Shown here: positions 19,999-29,904 of the stretch, one piece after another
Numbering within the stretch: the first letter of the stretch is position 1
Layout of the letters: each line of letters starts with the position of its first letter
IMG/VR virus record: IMGVR_UViG_3300007276_000069
Location: 1-50,601 of that record
DNA: 50,601 nt
Strand: one strand, 5' to 3'
DNA from: a virus
Taxonomy: Duplodnaviria; Caudoviricetes
Notes under the pieces: generated by a model
Seen by the model: only the letters and a program-made list of their open reading frames with translations
What the model was told of the DNA's origin: nothing
Database searches by the model: none
Program-made: the position numbers and the translations under genes

Positions 19999-21915
19999 CT
20001 ATACTCCTATATCTACAACTTCACAGACTTCGCCTGTGCAGCTAAGTTCTTGAGAACCCGTTGTGGTGTCCTCTACTTCCATTTCTTTTAGCCCTTCCCA
20101 TTTGATTGTTTCAGGCATCTTCTCTACTAAACTCTCATACTCTTCTTTACTACACTCTGTATAAGGTGCTTGTTGATAGGTGTGGTCGGAGTGCGGCAAG
20201 AACGATACACCAGAGATGTAGTCAAAGTTCTTGTACACCCAATCACCAACCTCAAGCCACTCATGTTCCTTTACAGAGATGGTGATTGACGGCTTATGCT
20301 CACACCAGTTCTCTGCGTAGGTTTTCCATAGCTCCAGATGTTCTATAGCAGTTAGGCTATCCCGTGTAAGTGCGCCCTTTGGAGACTTAACAGGGAATGA
20401 GAATACAGTCATGTTATCTTCATTGCCTATAGCTGGCTCTGAAGGAATACCACACTGTATCATAAACTGCGTAAGCGGGTCTTTGTTATCTCCACGAACT
20501 GTACGAATATAGTGTTCGCTGTGCCGGGGGTGGATACCCGATGCACTATCGACTAGCTGGGATACAGTGCCGGAAGGTTTAACACAAGTGATAGCAGTAG
20601 AGGGGCTTACTCCCATACTCTTAGCCAGCTTTTCATTAGTCTTTACAGCTACCTTTCTCCACCCAACAAGCAAGTCTACCAGACCACAGTTGTTAGATGA
20701 CAGCATCTCATTGTCTAAGATACCTGTAAGGCTAACTCCTAGCAGCCGCTCTTCTTCTGTATTCTGCTTCCATATCTTTCTAAGATACTTAAAATCAGTA
20801 AGAGAGGATTGATACGTGCCAAGCTGTGTAGCCCACTCTATCTTTTTAGTTAGTGTGACTACTGTGTCCTCTGCTCTGACAACGACTTCTGTGAGGTTGC
20901 AGAATTGGTAGGGACGTAGGATGATTTCAGAGCAAGGGTTAGTTCCAAATACATGATCAGGATCACGACGACCAATACTAGCCACTTTATTTTGTGCTGA
21001 TTCACGGTTAAAGATTCCTCTCTCTCCAGACTTGGACTCATACAACGAGTACCACTCTTTCAGAAACGTGTTCATGTCTGGGCGTTCTGAGTATACTGCA
21101 GAGTTATTTGCTAGCCCACGGTGCGGGTAGTCTCTGAACCACTCACCTGACTTAGCAACTCGCATCCTGTTTGAGTTAAGATCAGATAGAGATATCAGAG
21201 CGGACCTGCGTACACCGCCTACAACAATTACGCTGGCTATCTTACATACAAGATCATGGCATTCTAACGGAGATAGCTGCCTACCAGCAGCATTTTTAAA
21301 CAAAGCCACTGTAAATTTAAGAAGGTCGTCAAGAGGCGCTGGCCCGGACGATCTACCGCCAAACGTCTTTAAACGCGCTCCAGCAGGGCGTAGACGCGAT
21401 AAGTCCCATTTTGGCACCTGACCTGCGTACAGACAGGCAATTAGCTCACGAAGGCCCCTAGCCCATCCTGCCTTACTATCCTGTACAACGATGGTTGTTT
21501 CTGTAGGTTCAAAGTGTTCGTTTACACTAGGCAGACTTTCTGTGTATCGTCTCTCTGCAGAGAACCCTACACCAGTACCACACATGAGAACATAAAGTAT
21601 CTCATCAAATGAACGTGGTGAGTCTACAGGAATGTATGAACAGTTGTAGCCCGATGTGTGGTCACGTTCTAGGGCTAGCCCTGCAGTCATCAAGGCCCTC
21701 ATTGAGGGCATAATTTGCAGACTAAGTACAGCCTCTTCAAGCTCCTGCCTGTTAGGTATCTTGTGACCATACCTCTCCTTCAGGTGGTGCGACATAAAAT
21801 CAAAGTAACGCTCAACCGTTTCCGGCCAAGTCTCACGCCTATCCCCTAACCAACGGGCATACCGGGACAGATGAATAAACTCTTGGTAGTCTGTTGGGAA
21901 ATAATTATTTTTCAT
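19999..21915 (-). CDS. nrdJ: Class II (adenosylcobalamin-dependent) ribonucleotide reductase
   Basis: GGVRRSA, GTNPCSEI...FCNLTEV, TCVKPSGTVSQL, C-terminal CTGEVC; no beta-subunit gene nearby. Confidence 0.9.
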   Translation of the reverse strand: MKNNYFPTDYQEFIHLSRYARWLGDRRETWPETVERYFDFMSHHLKERYGHKIPNRQELEEAVLSLQIMPSMRALMTAGLALERDHTSGYNCSYIPVDSPRSFDEILYVLMCGTGVGFSAERRYTESLPSVNEHFEPTETTIVVQDSKAGWARGLRELIACLYAGQVPKWDLSRLRPAGARLKTFGGRSSGPAPLDDLLKFTVALFKNAAGRQLSPLECHDLVCKIASVIVVGGVRRSALISLSDLNSNRMRVAKSGEWFRDYPHRGLANNSAVYSERPDMNTFLKEWYSLYESKSGERGIFNRESAQNKVASIGRRDPDHVFGTNPCSEIILRPYQFCNLTEVVVRAEDTVVTLTKKIEWATQLGTYQSSLTDFKYLRKIWKQNTEEERLLGVSLTGILDNEMLSSNNCGLVDLLVGWRKVAVKTNEKLAKSMGVSPSTAITCVKPSGTVSQLVDSASGIHPRHSEHYIRTVRGDNKDPLTQFMIQCGIPSEPAIGNEDNMTVFSFPVKSPKGALTRDSLTAIEHLELWKTYAENWCEHKPSITISVKEHEWLEVGDWVYKNFDYISGVSFLPHSDHTYQQAPYTECSKEEYESLVEKMPETIKWEGLKEMEVEDTTTGSQELSCTGEVCEVVDIGV

Positions 21916-22162
21916 TTTCTCTCTGCTCGCTAACTAGTCGTTGTAGATACCACTGTGACTTCATCAAGTCTTTGAGTGGCATCCCCTTATGTTTGTACCG
22001 GCACACATACTTCAGTATGTTTCCTTTTAGGTAGCCGCTAAACTCTTCCTCTGTAAGAGACTCCTTGATCATGTCTATAGTCTCTATACCATTTTGTGTG
22101 TAGTGTGACGGACTGTTCACAGATTTGGTTAATTCAGCTAGATACTTTTTCTCATTTGGCAT
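21905..22162 (-). CDS. DUF3310 / T7 gp1.7-like nucleotide kinase
   Basis: VNSPSHY..GIETID...GNILKYVCRYKHKG..DLMKSQWY. Confidence 0.8.
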   Translation of the reverse strand: MPNEKKYLAELTKSVNSPSHYTQNGIETIDMIKESLTEEEFSGYLKGNILKYVCRYKHKGMPLKDLMKSQWYLQRLVSEQRENEK

Positions 22163-22536
22163 CAGTTGTCCTCGCTAAACTTAACTTTAATAACATTATC
22201 ATATACTTCTTCTACTACTAGACTCTTAGAATCTCTTTTGTCTTTTGACTTATCAACTATCTGTTCCATAGTTGCTTCATGTCCTAGCTGCATAAGATAG
22301 TCATAATCAGACTCAAGTAGACTAAGCATACCCTGCTGCAGAATATGCGCGGCAGATACGTCCTCAACCTCTGACGTATCATATGCTCTGACGTTCACTT
22401 TGTCAAATCCCTCTGGATCAAAGACAATGTACAGTCTATCTTTGGCTAAAAAGAATGTCTCTTCTTCTATCCTGTCTCTCATCTCATCATCTATGAGATC
22501 ATCTTCCGGCTCAAAAGTAAAACCATCATCATTCAT
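22162..22536 (-). CDS. Hypothetical acidic protein
   Basis: Likely start MNDDGFTF at 22536; ends with NVIKVKF. Confidence 0.6.
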   Translation of the reverse strand: MNDDGFTFEPEDDLIDDEMRDRIEEETFFLAKDRLYIVFDPEGFDKVNVRAYDTSEVEDVSAAHILQQGMLSLLESDYDYLMQLGHEATMEQIVDKSKDKRDSKSLVVEEVYDNVIKVKFSEDN

Positions 22537-22888
22537 CAAACCACTCCACAGGTAACTTTTTATGCGCCCAATCAAAACCGTGGCGCTCTGCCCAATCTGC
22601 GTGTGTAGTCTTTGAGCCTTTGTATATTTTTTTATTGGCATTTGCAAAGAAGAACTTCACTTCAAAATCAGGATTCTGCTTCTTAACAAGCAAGTGCTTT
22701 ACTCTGTCTTGCTGTGTTAGTCGCCCCTTAACCTCAATGTACATATCGTTTCTAGGTATGTAGAAGTCAGGTATGTATACGCTAGGCTCACGCTGATAGG
22801 GTATCTTATCAGGCTCGAATTCAAAATCAATACCTCTGCGGCCAAGGGCTACAGCTACTTCAGCTTCAAACTTTGATCTAAAACGCAT
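22529..22888 (-). CDS. T7 gp3-like endonuclease I (Holliday junction resolvase)
   Basis: MRFRSKFE...YIPDF...IEVKG...WAERHGF. Confidence 0.85.
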   Translation of the reverse strand: MRFRSKFEAEVAVALGRRGIDFEFEPDKIPYQREPSVYIPDFYIPRNDMYIEVKGRLTQQDRVKHLLVKKQNPDFEVKFFFANANKKIYKGSKTTHADWAERHGFDWAHKKLPVEWFDE

Positions 22889-23294
22889 AGTAATCAAACT
22901 TATTGTCATTGCCGGGATTTGTATTTGCTATCTCTATAAACTTTCTTTCCAAATCCGTAGAAATTTCTTCTGCCACTGTACTTTTAATAACGCCAAAAGA
23001 CCTCACTGGAAATATAACCAGCTTATTATCTCTAAGTCTACTTTTAATATTATCAAAACACCTATTTAATATTTTTTTTCCATACATACGGTACTCAATA
23101 CTATCCCAATCTCCTTTAGGAGCCATGCTTGATCTATATATGATAGCCTCTCTTTGCTCGTTAGGTAACGCCTTTACACGTAAGCTTTCTACGTGAGTAG
23201 AGTTTTCTTTTGAGCAGTCAAAATATACAAACACAACATCTGGATTATACTGTAATTCAAAGTCGCTTATAGTTTCTGTAATGTACAGGGGCAT
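22878..23294 (-). CDS. Hypothetical protein
   Basis: Coupled ORF, visibly AT-rich. Confidence 0.55.
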   Translation of the reverse strand: MPLYITETISDFELQYNPDVVFVYFDCSKENSTHVESLRVKALPNEQREAIIYRSSMAPKGDWDSIEYRMYGKKILNRCFDNIKSRLRDNKLVIFPVRSFGVIKSTVAEEISTDLERKFIEIANTNPGNDNKFDYYAF

Positions 23295-24184
23295 CAGATT
23301 TCATCCTTTACATGCTTTGTATACCACACGCGAGGTTTGGTATTTGCTGTAGAAGTTACTTTCTGCTTGTAAGCAGCATCGGGCCAGCAGTGCATCTTAA
23401 AGCCACAGTAGCCACACGTTCTATCCATTAGCCGGTTGCCTGTTCTTTTAACAGAACCTGTAGCCTTGTCCTTGTAAGTCTCAGGCTCATCAGAGAAAGA
23501 ACGCTCAAACTTCTCTTTGCCAAGAACACTGCGTATGTTTTTATCGGCTAATTGTAGTGCAGCCTGTCTGTCTTCTTCATGTACCAGCGGTGTTTCACAC
23601 ACCGCCCACTCACCTGTAGCCTTGTTGATAGCTATCCAGCCACCAAACGTAGAGTTAGCAGCCTCTGCGTACAGGTAGCCCTGCGGCACGTAACCAAACA
23701 CATCATCCTTCTTGATGTTGTTGTAGCCACGATTAGCCGCAAACTTCATAGAGAATGCGCCGGGAGCGGCACTCTTTATGTCATATATCTTATCATCTAT
23801 CTTTACATCATACGTGCCGTTAAGAGTAGTGCCACCTATCTCTAGGCTAACACCCTCTTGCTCACTCTGTATGTCTATACCCGCGCCTTTCATAACTGTA
23901 ACAGCTATCGCTTCTATGATGTCTCCAAACAGAAACTTCATAACCAGAGTATAGTCTACATCTTCTTCTATGCCATCTTCAGCAGACAGCTTCTGCTGGC
24001 ACAAAGGTTTTCCTACACCGGACATGCGAACCTTTGAGCCACGCTTCTCACTAAACTGCCTCTCAATAGCGAAACCACACATTTCCTTAAACTCTTCGAT
24101 AAGGTGAGGGGGAAGGCCGTCGCCCTCTCCCCTCGACGCTTTCTCTAGGAAATGCTGTACTTTATGTAGCAGCATTGAGGTCAT
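23294..24184 (-). CDS. Cas4-like PD-(D/E)XK exonuclease
   Basis: MSGVGKPLCQ, GDIIEA, GTYD...DIKSA, C-terminal CGYCGFKMHC. Confidence 0.75.
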   Translation of the reverse strand: MTSMLLHKVQHFLEKASRGEGDGLPPHLIEEFKEMCGFAIERQFSEKRGSKVRMSGVGKPLCQQKLSAEDGIEEDVDYTLVMKFLFGDIIEAIAVTVMKGAGIDIQSEQEGVSLEIGGTTLNGTYDVKIDDKIYDIKSAAPGAFSMKFAANRGYNNIKKDDVFGYVPQGYLYAEAANSTFGGWIAINKATGEWAVCETPLVHEEDRQAALQLADKNIRSVLGKEKFERSFSDEPETYKDKATGSVKRTGNRLMDRTCGYCGFKMHCWPDAAYKQKVTSTANTKPRVWYTKHVKDEI

Positions 24185-25020
24185 TAGCTGGCCTCTGCTG
24201 TTTCCAACGCTTTTGCTACATCGAGATCATCCATAGCAAGAACATTTTCTTTGCGCTCATTGTACTGTTTAAGCACACGCACGTTCCACTTCTCAATGTC
24301 CTGCATGAAGGTGTTAAGAGTTTCTACATCTTCATCCACGATCTTGACAGGCTGTGGCTTATCAAAGGCAGGGACATAGTAAACAATACCACCGTTCTTA
24401 TTACGCTTAGTAGCAATGCTTACCTTCTGACCAAAAATAATCTTATTGGATGGCACCTCACGAATGTAGTTAGCCACTGGCATAAACGCAGAGCCACGGG
24501 CTGACCAGATGAAGGGCGTACCTGCGAGGTCAACCTTGTCACCAGAACCATCTGTAGCATCTTTAGCACCAGTGATGATACCGTAGACAACTTGAGTACA
24601 CTTGATACTCTTCTGTTTAGCATGTTCGAGAGAGTTGGTAGAAAGACCTTCTACTTCCTGCTTACTCAGCTTACCACACTTCATACCACCACTAGTATCA
24701 AAGAAGTCGTCGCTAAGAGAAGGTGTGAGAACAGTCCTGATACTATCTTCAGGAGACTGCTGGTTCCACAGATCATAAGAGTAGTACCGAATAAACATAC
24801 GCACGGTAATCTCTTTAGCATAGACTGTGCTGCTATCCAGACGAATGCGGAAGCTACCCTTTGGTAGTGGCTCTCCCTCATCGTTCTCGCTCTGCTGCTC
24901 AATGGCTAGCCGTGGTAGTCCCTGCTGTGATGCAGGGCGCGTCTCAGTCTGACCGACCATGGCAGCAAGCTTTGCCATGTTTTCTTCGTTCAGATCGTCC
25001 ATAGTAATCATATCGCTCAT
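24184..25020 (-). CDS. Putative ssDNA-binding protein
   Basis: Position between polymerase and exonuclease; GLPRL motif; acidic end. Confidence 0.5.
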   Translation of the reverse strand: MSDMITMDDLNEENMAKLAAMVGQTETRPASQQGLPRLAIEQQSENDEGEPLPKGSFRIRLDSSTVYAKEITVRMFIRYYSYDLWNQQSPEDSIRTVLTPSLSDDFFDTSGGMKCGKLSKQEVEGLSTNSLEHAKQKSIKCTQVVYGIITGAKDATDGSGDKVDLAGTPFIWSARGSAFMPVANYIREVPSNKIIFGQKVSIATKRNKNGGIVYYVPAFDKPQPVKIVDEDVETLNTFMQDIEKWNVRVLKQYNERKENVLAMDDLDVAKALETAEAS

Positions 25021-26555
25021 ATTTTTAGCTCCTCTAAATTTAACCAATCAGTGCCTATTTTCATCTCTATCTCAATAGGCATATCAAAAGTAACACCAAA
25101 CACTGTACTACACTCTTCAGGGATACACAACATACTCCTTTTTAATAGTTCAATCATAGTATTTTTTTCGTCGGGGTGTACGTCCATTATGATTGAGTCG
25201 TGGACGGTATTGATAATTCTACTCTGTGGTTTTGGCTTCACCATCGCCTTCAGACATTTGTGTAGCCGTATCAGGGCTAATGGCAACAGGTCTGCAGTAG
25301 CAAAACCTTGGACGGGGTAGTTCTTAATTGATGTAGCACCTACCGTTGTACCATAGCGTGTGTACTTTGCATAGGGAAATGCGTACTCTCTACCAGAAGG
25401 CAGTGTTACAGTCTTCTTAGTAACAGCTTCTTCCTGTAGTTTATCGTGCCACTCGGTCACGCCTTGGTACTTGTTACGGAAGGCTGAGTAGTATGCCATC
25501 TCCCGATTAGTCCCAAGCACACCACCGTACAACGGCTTGAAGGTGTGGGCCTTTGCGTCCTGTCTACTCACGCCCATGATCTCTGCGGTGTAAGAGTGAA
25601 CGTCAAACCCGCTCTCTACCTCTTCATAGATTACAGGGTCTTTTGACAAGTAGCCAGCTACACGAAACTCTAGCTGTGAGTAGTCTCCTTCTAAAATGTA
25701 ACCACCTTCATGCCTAGAAACAATCGCTTCTCTTGCAGGGAATGTTGCTCCTCTCGGCATATTTTGAAAGTTTGGTCTACTTGACGACAGTCTTCCAGTA
25801 GCAGTGACGCACTGATTAAAGTTAGGATGAATAAAACCTCTATCATCTTGGTACTTCTCCAAGCTATCTACAAACGTATTAAGATACGTTCTTATCATTG
25901 AGTAGCGTGTGTACTTGTCCACGAACTCTCTTGCCTTGCCCTCTAACTCCAACCTGATCTGCGACATAGTTTCTTTATCTGTCTTAAACCCTGCTGCAGC
26001 AGTGTCCTCTGGCCCTCTGGGAATGACGCGAAGCCCTGCAGCTTCTCTGAGATGCGTGTAAACCACTCCCGTGCCGCTACATACCTTGCATTTAGTCTGT
26101 ACCTTACTAAGCGCACCAGACTTCAGCCGCGATCTAATCTTTCCTGTGCCATTACAATGAGTACACCTCTCGCCCCTAGTCTTTAATACTACAGGGGCTA
26201 ATTGTTTTACTGTATCCTTGAACAGTGTAGGCGACATTTTTGTTTTGCGTTTTTGTTTCTTGGTGTGTCCGCGCTGCTCAGTTCCTATGTTGAACGCTTC
26301 TTTCCAAGCAGTCTTATCAGTAACCTGTCTCGAATAAAGCAGCTTACTCCTATCGTCAGGGCTATCAAGATTGATAGGAGTATCACCCATAACATGTTCA
26401 GCAATATCCATAAGATCATCATACAACTGATCGTACTCTGACTGATAGTCTGCCTTAATCTTTGCAAGCTTTTCATTGGAAATCTTTATCCCCGCTCTCT
26501 CTATATCGATTAGGACATCAAGCATATCCATGCTTAGTTTTACAACCTTATGCAA
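25017..26555 (-). CDS. polA: Family A DNA polymerase, polymerase domain with DnaJ-type zinc finger
   Basis: TATGRLSS, NFQNMPR, DYSQLEFR, AKAHTFKPLYG, NYPVQG, TVHDS; CTHCNGTG and CKVCSGTG. Confidence 0.92.
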   Translation of the reverse strand: MHKVVKLSMDMLDVLIDIERAGIKISNEKLAKIKADYQSEYDQLYDDLMDIAEHVMGDTPINLDSPDDRSKLLYSRQVTDKTAWKEAFNIGTEQRGHTKKQKRKTKMSPTLFKDTVKQLAPVVLKTRGERCTHCNGTGKIRSRLKSGALSKVQTKCKVCSGTGVVYTHLREAAGLRVIPRGPEDTAAAGFKTDKETMSQIRLELEGKAREFVDKYTRYSMIRTYLNTFVDSLEKYQDDRGFIHPNFNQCVTATGRLSSSRPNFQNMPRGATFPAREAIVSRHEGGYILEGDYSQLEFRVAGYLSKDPVIYEEVESGFDVHSYTAEIMGVSRQDAKAHTFKPLYGGVLGTNREMAYYSAFRNKYQGVTEWHDKLQEEAVTKKTVTLPSGREYAFPYAKYTRYGTTVGATSIKNYPVQGFATADLLPLALIRLHKCLKAMVKPKPQSRIINTVHDSIIMDVHPDEKNTMIELLKRSMLCIPEECSTVFGVTFDMPIEIEMKIGTDWLNLEELKI

Positions 26556-27105
26556 AGGAACTCTCCTCTGTAGGCCAGCACATCTTTAATTCATCTAGTT
26601 GGGCTTGGGCTAGCTCTGTCGTAGTCTGCACATCAGCGATACAATACTCCCGCACTATGTCAGGCGGCATGTCTTCATAGGACACCTTGTCCTTGATGTA
26701 CTGGTCCGTGAGGTCTGTTCTCTTCTCAGGTAGGCTTCTACGTTTAGCACACTCTGCAAGGCTAATTGATTTCTTTATACCACGGTGGGAAAGATACTCA
26801 GCTATCATTGTATCCCATAGTATACCATCATACTTAAAGCCACACTCTCGCAACCACTGCAAATCAAACTTCAGGTTATGCCCGACTAAACATGTTGTTT
26901 CGTCTAGCTTGTCCTGTAACTTCTTAGCAGCATCTGGTGTAGTCTTACATTGGTTATGATAGAAAAACAATTCATGTGTTTCTACTACAGATAGATCAGG
27001 CATGAAACTCCTGTACCCTACAAAGACTATCTGTTGTCCGTTGTAGGGCGACGATGTAGAGTTATCGAAGTCCATCGTAGTTTCTATGTCAAGCACGGTG
27101 ATCAT
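26548..27105 (-). CDS. Stand-alone 3'-5' proofreading exonuclease domain of PolA
   Basis: ExoI LDIETT, ExoII GHNLKFD, DTM, ExoIII YCIAD. Confidence 0.85.
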   Translation of the reverse strand: MITVLDIETTMDFDNSTSSPYNGQQIVFVGYRSFMPDLSVVETHELFFYHNQCKTTPDAAKKLQDKLDETTCLVGHNLKFDLQWLRECGFKYDGILWDTMIAEYLSHRGIKKSISLAECAKRRSLPEKRTDLTDQYIKDKVSYEDMPPDIVREYCIADVQTTTELAQAQLDELKMCWPTEESSFA

Positions 27106-28292
27106 GAGAATATATCTCTATCACCATCTCTGCGTAAAACCAACGACCCGTGCCAGCCATTTACTTTATTTTTTGAGAACTTAATGGTTCGGAACTCCTC
27201 ATGTTCTGCTACACCTATGCCTATAATTATGTCAGCCTCGCCAGCTTTACCTGTCTTACTGCCGTCCAGCATGGAGTAATCTATACTTTCTCTTCCGTGG
27301 GCGTCGTAGGACGCTTGCGATATTGCCCAGACTGCTACGTTGTGGCGCTTGGCAAGCTCTCTGGATCGGCAGTACAACTCCTTCAGCCGCTCATCCCCGC
27401 GTGAGAACTCACCGTCAATCCTGATCTTATCAAGCTGGTCAATGAATATTACATCAACTTCATTGCGAGAGCAATAGTCCTCTATTTCCTGTATCGATGT
27501 TCCTACGCAATCCATGAAAGATATGTAGGGTAGTACATCCTCTTGGTACTGTGTGATAAACTCTTGTTTATCCTGTAGCACCTCTAGTCTAGACTTCTCT
27601 GTAATAGATTTAGCCACGCGCATACGTGTCTTCTTTACAGGTTCTTCATTACCCCAGTAGGCTACATGGTGCTTGTTCTTAACATACCAGCCAGACAACC
27701 ACGCTGAGAAGCTTGTCTTGCCTATCTCTGGCCGTGCAAAGATCACACCAAGATTTTGTCGGTCAATGCCCGGTACGTAATCACGTATCTGTGTAGGAAA
27801 GATAAACTCAGGGTCGCGCTCAAACTCCTCTAGACTGTCAGCTATATTGTCTTGTAGCAGTGTATAGCTTTTAGTTCCCTTTACTTCATTGTTTTTTAGT
27901 TCTTCTACAATGCCGAGCAGAGAATAAGTATCGCTAGATTTACCAAGAAAAATGTCAAGTGCTTGTTCTCCTATCTCTTTTGCTTTCGCTCTCTTCCAGA
28001 AGCTGTGTAGAACATCTCCTGCTACCTGCGGGTTTACTGTGATGCCTACTAACTCTTGAAACTGCTGTTGTACCCTTTGTTTAGTAGCTTCAGGTAAAGC
28101 AGGGTAACGCTCTTCATGAGCGAGTGACACATCAGAGAGGGACAAGTCGCCCTCGTAGTTCTTATGTAGATAACTTATCGTCTCTACAATAGTGCTTACT
28201 TCTTTGGAGAAGTATTCTTTTTGAATTAAACCAGATACTCTGTTAAAGTTGTCTTTTTGCAGACATGCTACAAGTACAGACTTATCAATCAT
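27102..28292 (-). CDS. SF4 (DnaB/T7 gp4-like) replicative helicase
   Basis: Walker A ARPEIGKT, NEE, IFIDQLD, SQA, ADIIIGIG, KNK. Confidence 0.88.
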   Translation of the reverse strand: MIDKSVLVACLQKDNFNRVSGLIQKEYFSKEVSTIVETISYLHKNYEGDLSLSDVSLAHEERYPALPEATKQRVQQQFQELVGITVNPQVAGDVLHSFWKRAKAKEIGEQALDIFLGKSSDTYSLLGIVEELKNNEVKGTKSYTLLQDNIADSLEEFERDPEFIFPTQIRDYVPGIDRQNLGVIFARPEIGKTSFSAWLSGWYVKNKHHVAYWGNEEPVKKTRMRVAKSITEKSRLEVLQDKQEFITQYQEDVLPYISFMDCVGTSIQEIEDYCSRNEVDVIFIDQLDKIRIDGEFSRGDERLKELYCRSRELAKRHNVAVWAISQASYDAHGRESIDYSMLDGSKTGKAGEADIIIGIGVAEHEEFRTIKFSKNKVNGWHGSLVLRRDGDRDIFS

Positions 28293-29077
28293 ATCTTTAA
28301 TACCTCCTTTGCTTCATCCTCAGTAAGTCTTTTTAAGTCTCTGTCTAGTATTGCTATATCAACTATATCTCCATACTCATTGTTTATTCTTAGTGATATT
28401 TCAACTGCCTTGTCTGTAGCATCTTTGTCCAGTGCCACAGTTATACGCTTGAAGCTGCCTAGCCTGTACAGTACATCCTCTTGTAGGTACGTTCCAAGTA
28501 GCGCAACTCCCGTTGCAAAGTTAGATATAGAGGCTGCAGAAGCGCAGTCTTCAACTACTACAGCATGTTTGTGTTTGCCGCATACAAACGGTATCTTGCT
28601 CTGTCCGTATCTGTACCACTTTGGACCTGCGTGTAGTCCCTGTCCAATGTATCTTCCCGCTGCATCAACGCTTTTGTTACCATCCTTAATAACAAACACA
28701 GCCCTGTCTCTCTTGTAATCATAGCGTATGTCGGCTAATCCATTCGACCAAGCTGCAGAACAGTTGTTTGTTTTGAGGTAGTCATAGTAATGTTGAGGGC
28801 AGTTATTCTTGCGCCAGTTCTGCTTTTCTACTTCAAGCCCTACAGGTAAGCTTGGCTTTACCATATCATCAACTACAGAGAAAGAGTTTAAGTTAAGTCC
28901 CTCTTTAATTACACCACCTACAGAACAGCTTGCATGGAAACAATAATACTTAATACAATCTGTAAACTGAGTAACTGAAAGAGTGTTAGTACCATTACAT
29001 ACAGGACAATCTAATCTCTTAGAAGTACCTAAAGGTATATCTAGATTATATATATAATCTTTAATTATATTAGTCAT
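28289..29077 (-). CDS. DNA primase (zinc-binding plus TOPRIM)
   Basis: CPVC...CFHASC, KWYRY, VVVED, ALDKDA. Confidence 0.85.
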   Translation of the reverse strand: MTNIIKDYIYNLDIPLGTSKRLDCPVCNGTNTLSVTQFTDCIKYYCFHASCSVGGVIKEGLNLNSFSVVDDMVKPSLPVGLEVEKQNWRKNNCPQHYYDYLKTNNCSAAWSNGLADIRYDYKRDRAVFVIKDGNKSVDAAGRYIGQGLHAGPKWYRYGQSKIPFVCGKHKHAVVVEDCASAASISNFATGVALLGTYLQEDVLYRLGSFKRITVALDKDATDKAVEISLRINNEYGDIVDIAILDRDLKRLTEDEAKEVLKI

Positions 29078-29115
29078 TAATATAATATCCTCAATATCGG
29101 GACACGGCAACATGC

Positions 29116-29186
29116 CTCTTAGCATGGATAAAAAACACTGTCAACAGAAAATAACGCTTGACCGCAAATTAATTTTAGTGTACGGT
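29116..29186. promoter_or_regulatory. Divergent promoter pair
   Basis: Minus strand TTGACA(29144-29139)-N17-TAAGAG with TGn; plus strand TTGACC(29158)-N17-TACGGT; located at the strand switch. Confidence 0.55.
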
Positions 29187-29215
29187 GATCTTCCCTTCAA
29201 CAATAGAGGTGAGCC

Positions 29216-29509
29216 ATGTTCACCATATTCAACCGCAGACTATCTGATCCTGACCTGATGCGGCGGGTTGTCGAGGCCACAGTGCAGGACAGGTTTTTCA
29301 CTGTATCATTTACAAAAGCGGATGGTTCTTACCGCCAGTTAAACTGTAGGCTTGGTGTTAACAAGCACAAGAAGGGTGGTAGAGATTGTAACACTAACAA
29401 ACAAATGATGACTGTGTGGGACACTGGGGCTAAAGGCTACAGGAATGTCAACATGAATACCATAACAAGTATTACAGTAGATGGTGTTAGGCATGAGTTC
29501 ACAGAGTAA
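29216..29509 (+). CDS. SH3 beta-barrel (WYL_2-like) protein
   Basis: FFTVSFTKADGSYRQLNC...VWD...GYRNVN. Confidence 0.65.
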   Translation: MFTIFNRRLSDPDLMRRVVEATVQDRFFTVSFTKADGSYRQLNCRLGVNKHKKGGRDCNTNKQMMTVWDTGAKGYRNVNMNTITSITVDGVRHEFTE

Positions 29510-29903
29510 GTTGCATAGTGATGAGTTCATAACAGAAGTATTTGAACTGAGTAGGAAAGAGGGACTAACAGCCCGTGAGATAGCAGAAGCTATGTCACCC
29601 AAGTACAACACAAACAACTGTGGCAAGATGACTAGGAACTCTGTGATAAGTATCCTGAACAGGTACAAAAACAGGTTCACACACATGGGCAAAGTAGAAG
29701 TTAAGCGTATAGACTTCGCCAATGTAGCAGAGCAGCTTGAGCTTGAGCGTGATAGGCTAAAAGACAAAGATCAGTACAAGATCAAGAAGTGCTTGTGCTG
29801 TAGGAAAGAGAAGCTATTGCACAGAGTCTCCTTTGTGTGTGATACCTGTAAAAGCAGTGTTGCCTACACTTCTCCTGTAGATGACTACAGCGTGAGATAC
29901 TGA
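29493..29903 (+). CDS. GcrA-like transcription regulator with C-terminal Cys4 motif
   Basis: EGLTAREIA...MTRNSVISILNR resembles GcrA EGLSASQIA...VTRNAVIGKVHR; CLCC...CDTC. Confidence 0.65.
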   Translation: MSSQSKLHSDEFITEVFELSRKEGLTAREIAEAMSPKYNTNNCGKMTRNSVISILNRYKNRFTHMGKVEVKRIDFANVAEQLELERDRLKDKDQYKIKKCLCCRKEKLLHRVSFVCDTCKSSVAYTSPVDDYSVRY

Positions 29904-29904
29904 T

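Noticed and set aside
23294-24184. CRISPR-associated cas4
   Set aside because: Stand-alone exonuclease in a replication operon; no cas genes or array
26540-26560. Programmed frameshift joining exonuclease and polymerase
   Set aside because: No X XXY YYZ slippery site; an independent SD plus TTG explains the junction
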